NCBI GenBank assembly: GCA_963663765.2
Contig: CAXXUA010000005.1
Coordinates: 1,504,001-1,568,000 of the forward strand
Reading direction: 5' to 3'
DNA length: 64,000 nt
Source of the DNA: Candidatus Poribacteria bacterium
Lineage (GTDB): Bacteria > Poribacteria > WGA-4E > WGA-3G
Below the pieces are notes generated by a model that did not search any database, was not told the DNA's origin, and saw nothing but the letters and a program-made list of their open reading frames with translations. The position numbers were made by a program, and so were the translations under genes. Below, one piece after another: positions 1 through 8,842 of this stretch (position 1 is the first letter of the stretch; each line of letters starts with the position of its first letter).

Positions 1-19
1 AAGGATTATATCTCTGTTT

Positions 20-406
20 ATGGATGCTGGTGCCATTTCCGACGGTAATATGGTTCGTTTTGGTATGTTTGTCATAGGGTTAAATCACGCTTCTATAATT
101 GCTGCTGGCGTTAATGTAGCTGGCGTGATTGCAAGTGGCACGAATGCTGGTGGAGTTGTTGCTATCGGTATAAATGCTGTTGGTCCCATTGCGATTGGTG
201 TAAATGCTTTTGGTATAATCGCAATTGGATGCTCTGCTTTTGGTGTTGTCGCTATTGGTAAATATGCTTTTGGTATATATTCCCTTTCCTATTCGCCTAA
301 AGGCAGAGGTAAACACTTGCTTGCACCCCATCGCCAAGACCCTGAAGCAATAGATTTTTTTAGACGTTGGCTCCCAAAGTTATCCTCATCATTGTCTACA
401 CAATAG
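20..406 (+). CDS. Hypothetical Gly/Ala/Ile-rich hydrophobic repeat protein (may begin upstream of the window)
   Basis: ORF with repeated G-x-x-A-I-G units; ends 10 nt before miaA on the same strand. Confidence 0.6.
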   Translation: MDAGAISDGNMVRFGMFVIGLNHASIIAAGVNVAGVIASGTNAGGVVAIGINAVGPIAIGVNAFGIIAIGCSAFGVVAIGKYAFGIYSLSYSPKGRGKHLLAPHRQDPEAIDFFRRWLPKLSSSLSTQ

Positions 407-416
407 TGTTTGATAC

Positions 417-1340
417 ATGAAATCAAAACTCCTCTGCCTGCTTGGTCCCACAGCGATTGGTAAAACAGAGATTGCGATTCAACTTGCTCAACGTCTCAAT
501 GCTGAGATTGTCTCTGTTGACTCGCGTCAAATCTATCGGCAGATGGACATCGGCACTGCCAAACCTACCCACGAAGAACAGCAAACCGCACGACATCACC
601 TTATAGACTGTGTGGACATTGCACAACCCTTCTCCGTTGCTGAATTTCAAACCCTTGCTGACAATACAATCGCAGATATACAAAATAGAGGTAAACAGGT
701 TTTGCTTGTGGGTGGTGCCGGTCTCTATTTTCGTGCTATAGTTGATGGTTTATTTCAGGGACCGGCGGCAGATGCTTCACTCCGAAAACGACTTGAGCAG
801 GAGGCAGCACAGCACGGTGTTGATGTACTTCACAAACGTCTTCGTACCTGCGATCCAGAGTCTGCTGACCGTATCCATCCAAACAACCTTGTCCGAGTCA
901 TTCGTGCGCTTGAGGTCTATGAACTGACAGGTACTCCTATGTCTGAACTTCAACAGCAGTGGCATCCTGACAATCAAAGGTATCCGTTTGTTGCCTTTGG
1001 ATTGACGATACCACGAGAATTGTTATACCGTCGCATTGAACAGCGGGTGGACGTCATGCTTACTCATGGTTTGATAACCGAAGTTGAATCGTTGTTGACT
1101 GCAGGATATTCACGGGATTGTTATGCTCTGCAAAGTTTCGGGTATAAGGAGTTGATTGCATATCTGGATGGTAAATGTACTTATGACGAAGCAGTTGAAC
1201 AGTTGAAACAGAACACGCGCAGATTTGCTAAAAGGCAGTTGACTTGGTTTCGTAAAGATAAACGTATTGCGTGGGTGGACAGGGAGTCAACACCTGATGT
1301 TGTTGGGTATATCTTGGGGAAGATTGGGGAAGTATCGTAG
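417..1340 (+). CDS. miaA: tRNA dimethylallyltransferase
   Basis: GPTAIGKT P-loop, DSRQIY, MDIGTAKP, RALEV, KRQLTWF motifs; 307 aa. Confidence 0.97.
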   Translation: MKSKLLCLLGPTAIGKTEIAIQLAQRLNAEIVSVDSRQIYRQMDIGTAKPTHEEQQTARHHLIDCVDIAQPFSVAEFQTLADNTIADIQNRGKQVLLVGGAGLYFRAIVDGLFQGPAADASLRKRLEQEAAQHGVDVLHKRLRTCDPESADRIHPNNLVRVIRALEVYELTGTPMSELQQQWHPDNQRYPFVAFGLTIPRELLYRRIEQRVDVMLTHGLITEVESLLTAGYSRDCYALQSFGYKELIAYLDGKCTYDEAVEQLKQNTRRFAKRQLTWFRKDKRIAWVDRESTPDVVGYILGKIGEVS

Positions 1341-1483
1341 TAAAAGAGTGATTAAAGTTTTTGCACAAACTGCTTATTCTCCATTGTAGGGCGGGGTCTC
1401 TGTGCCCCGCCGCATAGGTGTCAACTTAGCGATTCATATTCTTGTAGGAGGGAAACCTTGAAATCACGATTTTCTCACTCAAG

Positions 1484-1932
1484 GTAGGCGTGCTTTGTAA
1501 GCGCGCCTACCAACTGCGCTCCCCTGCAGGCGTGCTTTGTAAGCGCACCCCTCAACTGCACTCCCTTGCAGGCGTGCTTTGTAAGCGCACCTACCAACTG
1601 TGCTCCCCTGCAGGCGTGCTTTATAAGCGCGCCCCGCACTCACCCCGCACTCACCCGCAGGCGTGCTTTGTAAGCGCACCCCTCACCCGCACTCCCTTGC
1701 AGGCGTGCTTTGTAAGCGCGCCCCGCACTCACCCGCACTCCCTTGCAGGCGTGCTTTGTAAGCGCGCCTCGCACTCACCCGCACTCACCCGCAGGCGTGC
1801 TTTGTAAGCGCGCCCCTCAACTGCACTCCCTTGCAGGCGTGCTTTGTAAGCGCACCCCGCACTCACCCGCACTCACCCGCAGGCGTGCTTTGTAAGCGCA
1901 CCCCCAACTGTAGGTGTGCTTTGTAAGCGCAC
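1484..1932 (+). repeat. Tandem array of about 11 REP-like arms, core G(T/C)AGGCGTGCTTTGTAAGCGC(G/A)C with C-rich linkers
   Basis: Read directly; unit lengths about 31-47 bp with reused linkers. Confidence 0.9.
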
Positions 1933-2074
1933 CATAGGCGTCAATTTAAGAAAAAAGTGTTAGTGTTTCTCTTGTGGGAGGGGTTTTCAACCCCGATTTG
2001 AGAGGAAAAGCGCGTAAAATCGGGGTTGAAAACCCCTCCCACAAGAGGTCAAAATCCTTAAATTGACGCTTATG
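1933..2074. mobile_element. Small CATAGG-type MITE carrying a REPIN hairpin, inserted at a REP arm
   Basis: TIR CATAGGCGTCAATTTAAG / CTTAAATTGACGCTTATG; perfect 19-bp direct repeat GTGTGCTTTGTAAGCGCAC at 1914-1932 and 2075-2093. Confidence 0.85.
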
Positions 2075-2101
2075 GTGTGCTTTGTAAGCGCACCCCCAAC
2101 T

Positions 2102-2170
2102 GTAGGCGTGCTTTGTAAGCGCGCCGTTGCCAATCCTGGGTTTATCGGCGCACTTACAAAGCACGTCTAC
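2102..2170. repeat. REPIN-like inverted REP doublet
   Basis: GTAGGCGTGCTTTGTAAGCGCGCCG ... CGGCGCACTTACAAAGCACGTCTAC. Confidence 0.85.
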
Positions 2171-2374
2171 CGAGATGGGGTATTTAGCACTTGACATTTT
2201 CTTAAGTTGACACCTATGGGGTCTCTGTGCCCCACCGCAACTGAATAAATAAGAGATTGCGGGAACAGGACACATAGGTGTTGTCAACATAAGGAAATAT
2301 TGTTAATATCAACCATACTCTTCAGTCCCGTAGGGACGATATGTTTATAGAAAACGAGTTCCCACGCCTATTTA

Positions 2375-3530
2375 TACCGTATTAACGGAATAGTTCTTGT
2401 TTATATTTTTTTGAAAATATGCTATTGTGAACAGATGAAAAAGAAAAAACATGAGGTTCTCCCTCACTTTCCAGTAGAAGTTCTTAGACAAAGGTATCTT
2501 GAATGTAAATGTCATCGGGAACGGACGCATTGGCATATTATTTGGCTTCTTGCTGATACGACACATCCACGCACACCCCGCGAAGTTGCTGAGATTGTAG
2601 GATGCACTCCGGACTGGGTTCGCAAGTTGCTCAAACGCTATAATGCAGAAGGGGAAACAGCTCTACAAGATAAACGCAAAAACAATAAAGGCAAGCGTTT
2701 TTTGGATGAGAAACAGCAAGCAGCACTTGAAGCTGTGCTTTCTGAGCCCCCTGCTGATGGTGGTCTTTGGACAGGTCCGAAGGTAGCTGCGTGGATATCT
2801 GAGACCCTTCAGCGTCCTGTCAGTAATGTGTCAGGTTGGAAATATCTCAAGCGTCTCGGTTGGACTTTACAAACGCCTCGTCCACAACATCAGGCTGCTG
2901 CAACCCCCGAAGCACAGCAAACATTTAAAAAAAAACTTAAGGATCGGGTAGCTACGCTTGAAAGTCAGCACCCGGAGAAACCTGTAGAGATTTGGGCAGA
3001 AGACGAGACGCGCTTAGGCTTATTACCTGTTCATCGGCGTGTCTGGGCGAAGCAAGGTGAAAGACCGGTAGCCCCGGTGTGTCCAGCCTATAAATGGCTC
3101 TATAGTTTCGGTTTTGTCCGTCCGCAGACAGGTGAGACCTATTGGCTTCTGATGCCGAGTGTGAGTGTTGAAATCATGAACCTTGCGCTGGCAGAGTTTG
3201 CTCGTGATGTGAACCCGGAAGGCAAGAAACAGATAATCCTCTTGTTAGATCGTGCGGGTTTTCATACGGGTAAAGGTTTAGAAGTCCCACAAGGGATTGA
3301 GTTATTTTTTTTACCGCCGTATACACCGGAACTTCAACCTGCTGAACGCCTATGGCCTCTGTTGCGGGAGGTGGTTGTGAATAAAGTTTGGACAACACTA
3401 TCAGCACTTGAAGAAGTATTGGTAAAAAGGTGTCAATGGTTTTCCGAAAACAAAAAGAAAGTGCAGGCACACGTCGGTTTTCAGTGGATTTGCAAAATGG
3501 AAAAACAATACGACACGCGTTAATTTGGTA
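2375..3530 (+). mobile_element. IS630-family insertion sequence
   Basis: Imperfect IR TACCGTATTAACG / CGTTAATTTGGTA, flanked by TTA on both sides; encloses the transposase ORF. Confidence 0.85.
2435..3523 (+). CDS. IS630-family transposase (HTH + DDE)
   Basis: WAEDETRLG, LLLDRAGFH, LPPYTPELQPAERLW motifs; A9 run at 2927-2935 is in frame; ATG at 2435 preferred over TTG at 2411. Confidence 0.93.
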   Translation: MKKKKHEVLPHFPVEVLRQRYLECKCHRERTHWHIIWLLADTTHPRTPREVAEIVGCTPDWVRKLLKRYNAEGETALQDKRKNNKGKRFLDEKQQAALEAVLSEPPADGGLWTGPKVAAWISETLQRPVSNVSGWKYLKRLGWTLQTPRPQHQAAATPEAQQTFKKKLKDRVATLESQHPEKPVEIWAEDETRLGLLPVHRRVWAKQGERPVAPVCPAYKWLYSFGFVRPQTGETYWLLMPSVSVEIMNLALAEFARDVNPEGKKQIILLLDRAGFHTGKGLEVPQGIELFFLPPYTPELQPAERLWPLLREVVVNKVWTTLSALEEVLVKRCQWFSENKKKVQAHVGFQWICKMEKQYDTR

Positions 3531-3748
3531 TTAGTCCCGCCAAATGCCATACGGGGAATGCCTAAATGGCATTCATACCGTTGATTTGGCGCATTTGGCG
3601 TTGATTTGGTAGGGACGATATGTTTATTCTTCTATGTCGTTCCTATGGAACTCAAGAGAGGGTGATAACGTCTTTCTATAAACATTGCGTCCCTACGGGA
3701 CTAAATAGAACAAAAGTTTGTACCTCTGTGCAAAAACTTTACACACAC

Positions 3749-4406
3749 TGACATCATCAGTGAACTTGCTACTTATGGTATAATCAAAGAATCTTCTGAT
3801 GGTATGTGTGAGATTCTCAATCCAATTTATCTCTACCGCATCATGAGAACTTTTAAGCCAATTGTAAACGGTTTAGAAGAAAATTACTTATCCGAAGATA
3901 ATAGCGACGGTTTTTCTGATTATCTCACACCTGCTGGACACATTGAGATTGAAGCACTTCTGGATAATTTCCGTGATTTTATTGCACGTGTAGGATTCAG
4001 GATTTTACAAGTACCCGATACACCCCAGGAGTCTGTTGGTAGGTATCTTCTGATTGCTTATCTTGACCAGTCTGTTAAGCTGATTGGCGGGTTTTTGCAC
4101 ATTGAGGTGCAAACCGGCAGAGGTAGAATGGATATCATTATCACTCACTATCAGCGGAAATATATCGTAGAGACAAAGATTTGGAGAGGTGATAACCACC
4201 GTTATCAGTCAGGCAAAAAGCAGCTTGCAGTCTACCTAAAGTCTGAGGGAGTAACGGAGGGATACTATATCGTCTTTGATCATCGGGAGAATCCAGAGCC
4301 GCGGGTTGAAACAGAAACGATTGATGGCTTGATGATACGGAGTTATGTTATTCCTGTGCTGCAGGAGCTGCCATCGGAAAGTCAAGACACTCGCGAAATC
4401 AACTAA
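3749..4406 (+). pseudogene. 5'-truncated copy of the AAA-ATPase/PD-(D/E)XK gene; only the nuclease part remains
   Basis: 3749-4372 is near-identical to 9832-10452 (3-nt insertion plus substitutions); starts at the base immediately after the MITE end. Confidence 0.88.
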
Positions 4407-4417
4407 AAAAGAGTGTT

Positions 4418-7192
4418 TTAGTCAATTCCATGCTCCTCGCAATAGTCTTGTATAATTGGTAAAAAATCATCTGCGTATTTTTCAACTTTCCTCAGACTGA
4501 CCCCACGAATCTGCACGAACGCCTCTCTGGTTTTCGGAAAAGAGGTAGCTATTTCTCTTAACATCCCATCAGTGAAAATCCCTTCTTGCTCTGCCTTTTC
4601 TAATATTTTACACTTGTCTTGAAGTTGCTCAAAAAGTTCCTGAGAATATCCACTTTGTCTTTCGGAGATAGTCTCAGAAGTATTCAATGTTTCAGGTCCC
4701 TCCGCTGTTGAGTCAATCCCAGGTTCTTGACAATACGCACGAATAATCGGTAAAAAATCATTGACGTATCTTTCTGTTTTTGACGGTCCCACACCATACA
4801 TCAATTGAAATGTTTCTTTAGTAGTCGGAAAATAGGTTGCCATTGCTTGTAGTGCCTTATCATGAAAAATCACAAAATGTTGCACTCCTTCTGCAATTGC
4901 TAATCTGTTGCGTTCCACACGAAGCAATTCAAAAAGTTCAGGAGAATAATCAAGCGGGAATTCGGATATTTCACTATCTACTGCATCAACAGAAAATCCT
5001 AAAAACTGCACTTCGTTTCTGAGGATACGCCATCCAGCATTTGTCAAACTGAGACCACCGTGTTGCGAATCTCGTGTTAACAGTTCATGTTGGATAAAAT
5101 GGTAAGATAAATATCGCCACTGTGACTTGCTGTAATCCTCTCCAATTCCATGTGTAGAAAGATGGTCATGTTCATTTTCAAGAATCTGTCTCTTCTGTGA
5201 ACCCCGCAAAACATCAATGATATATGCTTCCCCGAATCTCTGTCCAGTCCGGACAACACAAGAGAGAAATTTTTGTGCGGGTATTGTCAAATCAACCCGT
5301 TCCACATCTAACCTACGGCAGTTGTCACATTTCCCACAATTCTGTATGTCGTATTCCTCTCCGAAGTAAGCAAGTAACAATTTCCGTCTGCATTCTATTG
5401 AAGTTGCCCAAGCAACCAATGTATGCAAACGTTCTTGTCGCCCTTGTCTTTCTGAATGTGCCCCTTGTTCAATGAAATAGTTGTTGGTGTCTACATCGCC
5501 ATAACTTAATAGCAGCAGACATTCCGCCGGAAGTCCATCTCGACCACTGCGACCAATCTCCTGATAATAAGATTCAGGTTCCTTCGGTAAACCAACATGT
5601 AACACAAAGCGAACATTTGCTTTATCAATCCCCATACCAAAAGCAAGTGTGCCAACTATCACTCGGACTTCACCGTTGATAAAAGCATGTTGATTTTGCC
5701 GTCGTGTTGTATCATCAAGTTTTGCATGATAGGGCAGAACAGACATCCTGCGTGCGGTTAAATTACGACACAATGATGTAACTTGTTTTATCGTTTGACA
5801 ATATATGATACCGGATTCACCATCGTGTTTTTTAAGAAACGCGAGTGTTTGTGGAAGCGATTCAACCTTAGGTTCAACTGCTAAAAATAGGTTTGATCTG
5901 TCAAAACTGGCAATGAAATCATATTCATCAGGAATTTCCAACAACCGCTTGATGTCATTTTGTACTCGCGGAGTAGCTGTGGCTGTTAACGCAACACAAA
6001 CAGAATTAGCAAATCGTTCACGAATAGAAACTAATTCTCGATAATCGGGACGAAAATCGTGACCCCACTGTGAAATACAGTGAGCCTCATCAATCGCAAG
6101 ACATTCGACATTTGATTCATCAAGCATTACAAGTATTTCAGGGCGGACAAGCGTTTCAGGGGCAACGTAGAGTAACTTGATTTCTCCCTGTCTGACCGCT
6201 TGCATTGTTCCTACATATTGTGAATGATTAAGGGTACTGTTGAGAAAAGCGGCAGGAATACCTCGATCTTGTAACTGCATTACCTGGTCCTCCATGAGTG
6301 AAATCAGAGGGGAAACAACGATGGTTAAACCTTCAAAAATGAGTGCTGGCAATTGGTAGCAGAGCGACTTTCCACCACCGGTTGGCAAAACAATAAGTGC
6401 ATCTTGTCGTCTTAGGATGTGCTCAATTATTTCCTCCTGCAATGGGCGAAACTGTCCATGTCCGAAAACGTTTATGAGAATCTCTGAGGGTGTTTGCGTT
6501 GAGGTGGGTTGAGATCTTAGCTCGTCTTCTCTGGGTCGTTCCGTTTCTGCCTGTTCTACCTCTTGAAAAAACCAGCCAGAAATCTGGGCGTAACACCGTT
6601 CTTCAACTTCAGGGTTATCGTCCGGTCTCCACCGATGTGCTAATGAAACGCGTAGGACCATGCCTGCGGGAATTGTCTCAAGTGGCTCTTGGAATCCTAC
6701 GTAAGTAAGTGTGCAACCACCATTTTCAGTAGGATAACGGTATCGTATCCGTCTATCCTCTGTATCGCGGATAAGTGGTTTGTCTGTTCGCCAAAATGTA
6801 GTACTGTAAGGGGGCACATCACCTCCTGCAGATACGTAAAGGGCTCCACTGCTTGTGCTATTCAATAAACCTTCATAGAGCACTCGCGGATTTCCAGTTT
6901 TCGGTGGCAATAAGAGTTCAATCGCCCCCACTAGATAATTCGTGTTTGTTATTGCTTGTATATGATGTTTTTCACGAACAACAATGTCTTCTACATGTGG
7001 CGGAATCAATGAAGTTTCTGGTATAGGTTCAGCTGTTATCTCCCAAATATCGCCAACTTCATATTCTCTATTTGCACCGTCCTGTGGATTAGCGTTAAGT
7101 GGAATAAGGCGAACGCTTTCCCCTTTTTCTGTAATCGCACCGATACAAGCACCTTTACCCATTCGCGTCTTGGCAACAATTAAAACTCTCAC
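4418..7192 (-). CDS. recQ: RecQ-family helicase fused to an N-terminal ~210-aa dual-OB-like domain; RQC plus two HRDC domains
   Basis: LPTGGGKS, DEAHCISQWGHDFRPDY, LTATA, QEIGRSGRDG, CRR..CGKCDNC; N-terminus (IVAKTRM..CIGA..VRL ... RVSLAHRW..CYAQISG) resembles the dual-OB proteins that accompany DUF488; GTGA overlap with the upstream gene. Confidence 0.9.
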   Translation of the reverse strand: MRVLIVAKTRMGKGACIGAITEKGESVRLIPLNANPQDGANREYEVGDIWEITAEPIPETSLIPPHVEDIVVREKHHIQAITNTNYLVGAIELLLPPKTGNPRVLYEGLLNSTSSGALYVSAGGDVPPYSTTFWRTDKPLIRDTEDRRIRYRYPTENGGCTLTYVGFQEPLETIPAGMVLRVSLAHRWRPDDNPEVEERCYAQISGWFFQEVEQAETERPREDELRSQPTSTQTPSEILINVFGHGQFRPLQEEIIEHILRRQDALIVLPTGGGKSLCYQLPALIFEGLTIVVSPLISLMEDQVMQLQDRGIPAAFLNSTLNHSQYVGTMQAVRQGEIKLLYVAPETLVRPEILVMLDESNVECLAIDEAHCISQWGHDFRPDYRELVSIRERFANSVCVALTATATPRVQNDIKRLLEIPDEYDFIASFDRSNLFLAVEPKVESLPQTLAFLKKHDGESGIIYCQTIKQVTSLCRNLTARRMSVLPYHAKLDDTTRRQNQHAFINGEVRVIVGTLAFGMGIDKANVRFVLHVGLPKEPESYYQEIGRSGRDGLPAECLLLLSYGDVDTNNYFIEQGAHSERQGRQERLHTLVAWATSIECRRKLLLAYFGEEYDIQNCGKCDNCRRLDVERVDLTIPAQKFLSCVVRTGQRFGEAYIIDVLRGSQKRQILENEHDHLSTHGIGEDYSKSQWRYLSYHFIQHELLTRDSQHGGLSLTNAGWRILRNEVQFLGFSVDAVDSEISEFPLDYSPELFELLRVERNRLAIAEGVQHFVIFHDKALQAMATYFPTTKETFQLMYGVGPSKTERYVNDFLPIIRAYCQEPGIDSTAEGPETLNTSETISERQSGYSQELFEQLQDKCKILEKAEQEGIFTDGMLREIATSFPKTREAFVQIRGVSLRKVEKYADDFLPIIQDYCEEHGID

Positions 7193-7677
7193 GGTAAAAT
7201 ATCTTCAACCTCCAAATTGAATGTTTTCGCTAATTTATTCGCTACTAATGAGCGATGACATGCTTCTGGTGTAGTTTCCACACAAAAGAGGGCTACAACT
7301 CTTGCATCCGATTCTAATTCGTTAAGCAAACTTTGTGGGTCAAACGCATCAAGGCATTCGGTGTGATAAGCCTCAATAAACGCCTCTCCAAGTTCAGTCC
7401 GTTTGCGTTTAGCGGTCTTCGTTGCTTTATCAGCCGCAGCTTGTTTCTCCCGTACTACTTTCGTTGGACCGAGGTCTTTACGATAGATATATCGGATACC
7501 AAGCTCTGCAAGGCGCGCTTGCAAGCGCTTACTATTAGCAAATGCATAAGTTGCGCCACGTACACCCCGTCGATTACGAATATCACAGAAAGTATCAACG
7601 TCTGCTTTGCACAAAGCGTTAAAAAAACTGGTTTCGTCAAATCCGTATACACCTATAGTTACAATTTTAATTTCCAT
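7189..7677 (-). CDS. DUF488-family protein (second type)
   Basis: TIG, CDIR, ALFCVETTPEACHRS motif; probable ATG at 7677. Confidence 0.88.
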   Translation of the reverse strand: MEIKIVTIGVYGFDETSFFNALCKADVDTFCDIRNRRGVRGATYAFANSKRLQARLAELGIRYIYRKDLGPTKVVREKQAAADKATKTAKRKRTELGEAFIEAYHTECLDAFDPQSLLNELESDARVVALFCVETTPEACHRSLVANKLAKTFNLEVEDILP

Positions 7678-7678
7678 A

Positions 7679-8236
7679 TTAATCAGAGTATTTCTTCCGC
7701 GAGTGGAACGTCTCCTCTCCAAAAAGATTTAGCTGTCCACCTGTGATGCGATCAATTACCTGTTCTTGCGTGATTTGTTCGCTGTTTTCGTCGATGTGAA
7801 TCACAGGTAAGTTCTGATGCGTGAGGGTAGTACTAATGAGTTTAGTTCGGTGGCAATGCTCAGGTTTCCCTTCAGCACACATCAGTGCAATGCGCTGTTG
7901 TTGTGAAAAAGCAGTGTGCAGACGTTCAATACCCCGCTGATAGAATTCAGCATTTTTGACCTTTTCGTAGTCAACCATTCCGTTGACATAACACGACTCA
8001 TCGTCAGGTTTCCCACCCAGAAGATCTCCCATAAAGACATATCGGATACCATGTTTTTCCACTTCATTTGCAAGCTGCTTTTTGGAGAATTCCGGCTTAT
8101 AACTTGAGTGCGGAACTGAACGGACATCTATGAGATATACGATCTCGTATTGTTGTAACACTTCAATAAACTCCGCTATTGAACGGCTTCCATACCCTAT
8201 CGTCCAGATTGGAATGATGTCTGTTTTGTTTTTCAT
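7679..8236 (-). CDS. DUF488-family protein (first type)
   Basis: IWTIGYG, LIDVRSVPHS, LGGKP, ALMCAEGKPEHCHR, VIHI motifs; probable ATG at 8236. Confidence 0.92.
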   Translation of the reverse strand: MKNKTDIIPIWTIGYGSRSIAEFIEVLQQYEIVYLIDVRSVPHSSYKPEFSKKQLANEVEKHGIRYVFMGDLLGGKPDDESCYVNGMVDYEKVKNAEFYQRGIERLHTAFSQQQRIALMCAEGKPEHCHRTKLISTTLTHQNLPVIHIDENSEQITQEQVIDRITGGQLNLFGEETFHSRKKYSD

Positions 8237-8245
8237 GATAGGTAG

Positions 8246-8274
8246 ATAATAGCACAAAGATGTATAAGAATCAA
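8246..8274 (-). promoter_or_regulatory. Sigma70-type promoter for the DUF488-DUF488-RecQ operon (near-leaderless)
   Basis: TTGATT-17 bp-TATTAT with extended TG; ATG lies 9 nt after the -10 box. Confidence 0.6.
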
Positions 8275-8422
8275 CCTATTTGTATTGCTGATGCATCAGG
8301 GGTATTCAGTTTTCTAATTTTTGGATATTTCCAGAAAGAAACCCCGCGGTAGGAGCGACCTCCCGGTCGCGATTTTCTCAGGAAATAGCTAAAATGACTA
8401 AAACTAAAAAACTGCTGATACA

Positions 8423-8763
8423 CAGGATTATTTAGTTTTCAATATTTTTGATAATATTTTGCTATAACGTTAAATTTATGTGTTGCCATCTTGTCCATGT
8501 CTTTAGTCCCGTAGGGACGATATGTTTATAGAAAAATGTTATCTACCCCTCTTGAGTTCCGTAGGAACGGCATAGAAGAATAAACATATCGTCCCTACCA
8601 AATCAACGCCAAATGCGCGTATGGCATTTGGCGGGACTAAAGACCGATATTCAGGTTTCAATAATCTAAAATTGATGGATAAGGTCCAGTTAGGAAACCG
8701 CATTTGGGTATTAACTTTCAGTAAATCGCAATAACAGAAAACTTTTAAAACTGAATAACCCTG
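8423..8763. mobile_element. MITE with CAGG-type TIR carrying GTCCCGTAGGGAC hairpins
   Basis: CAGGATTATTTAGTTTT ... AAAACTGAATAACCCTG; reverse-orientation relative of 18489-18900. Confidence 0.75.
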
Positions 8764-8780
8764 GTAGTAAAATCGCTTTC

Positions 8781-8809
8781 TTGACATTGTTATTAAGGTG
8801 TGATACGAT
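8781..8809 (+). promoter_or_regulatory. Sigma70-type promoter upstream of the AAA-nuclease gene
   Basis: TTGACA-17 bp-TACGAT with extended TG. Confidence 0.55.
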
Positions 8810-8842
8810 GCTGTATATGATGTTTTGTACATGGAGAGAAAA

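Larger units (their letters stand above)
1413..2218. mobile_element. Nested MITE (CATAGG-type TIR)
   Basis: Perfect 16-bp TIR CATAGGTGTCAACTTA / TAAGTTGACACCTATG; 19-bp flanking direct repeat GGGTCTCTGTGCCCC(G/A)CCG at 1394-1412 and 2219-2237. Confidence 0.8.
1346..3748. mobile_element. Composite MITE with ISKra4-like ends, containing nested MITEs, a REP array and an IS630
   Basis: Left end GAGTGATTAAAGTTTTTGCACA, right end TGTGCAAAAACTTTACACACAC; internal segments match the element at 54618-55765; no target duplication. Confidence 0.75.
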
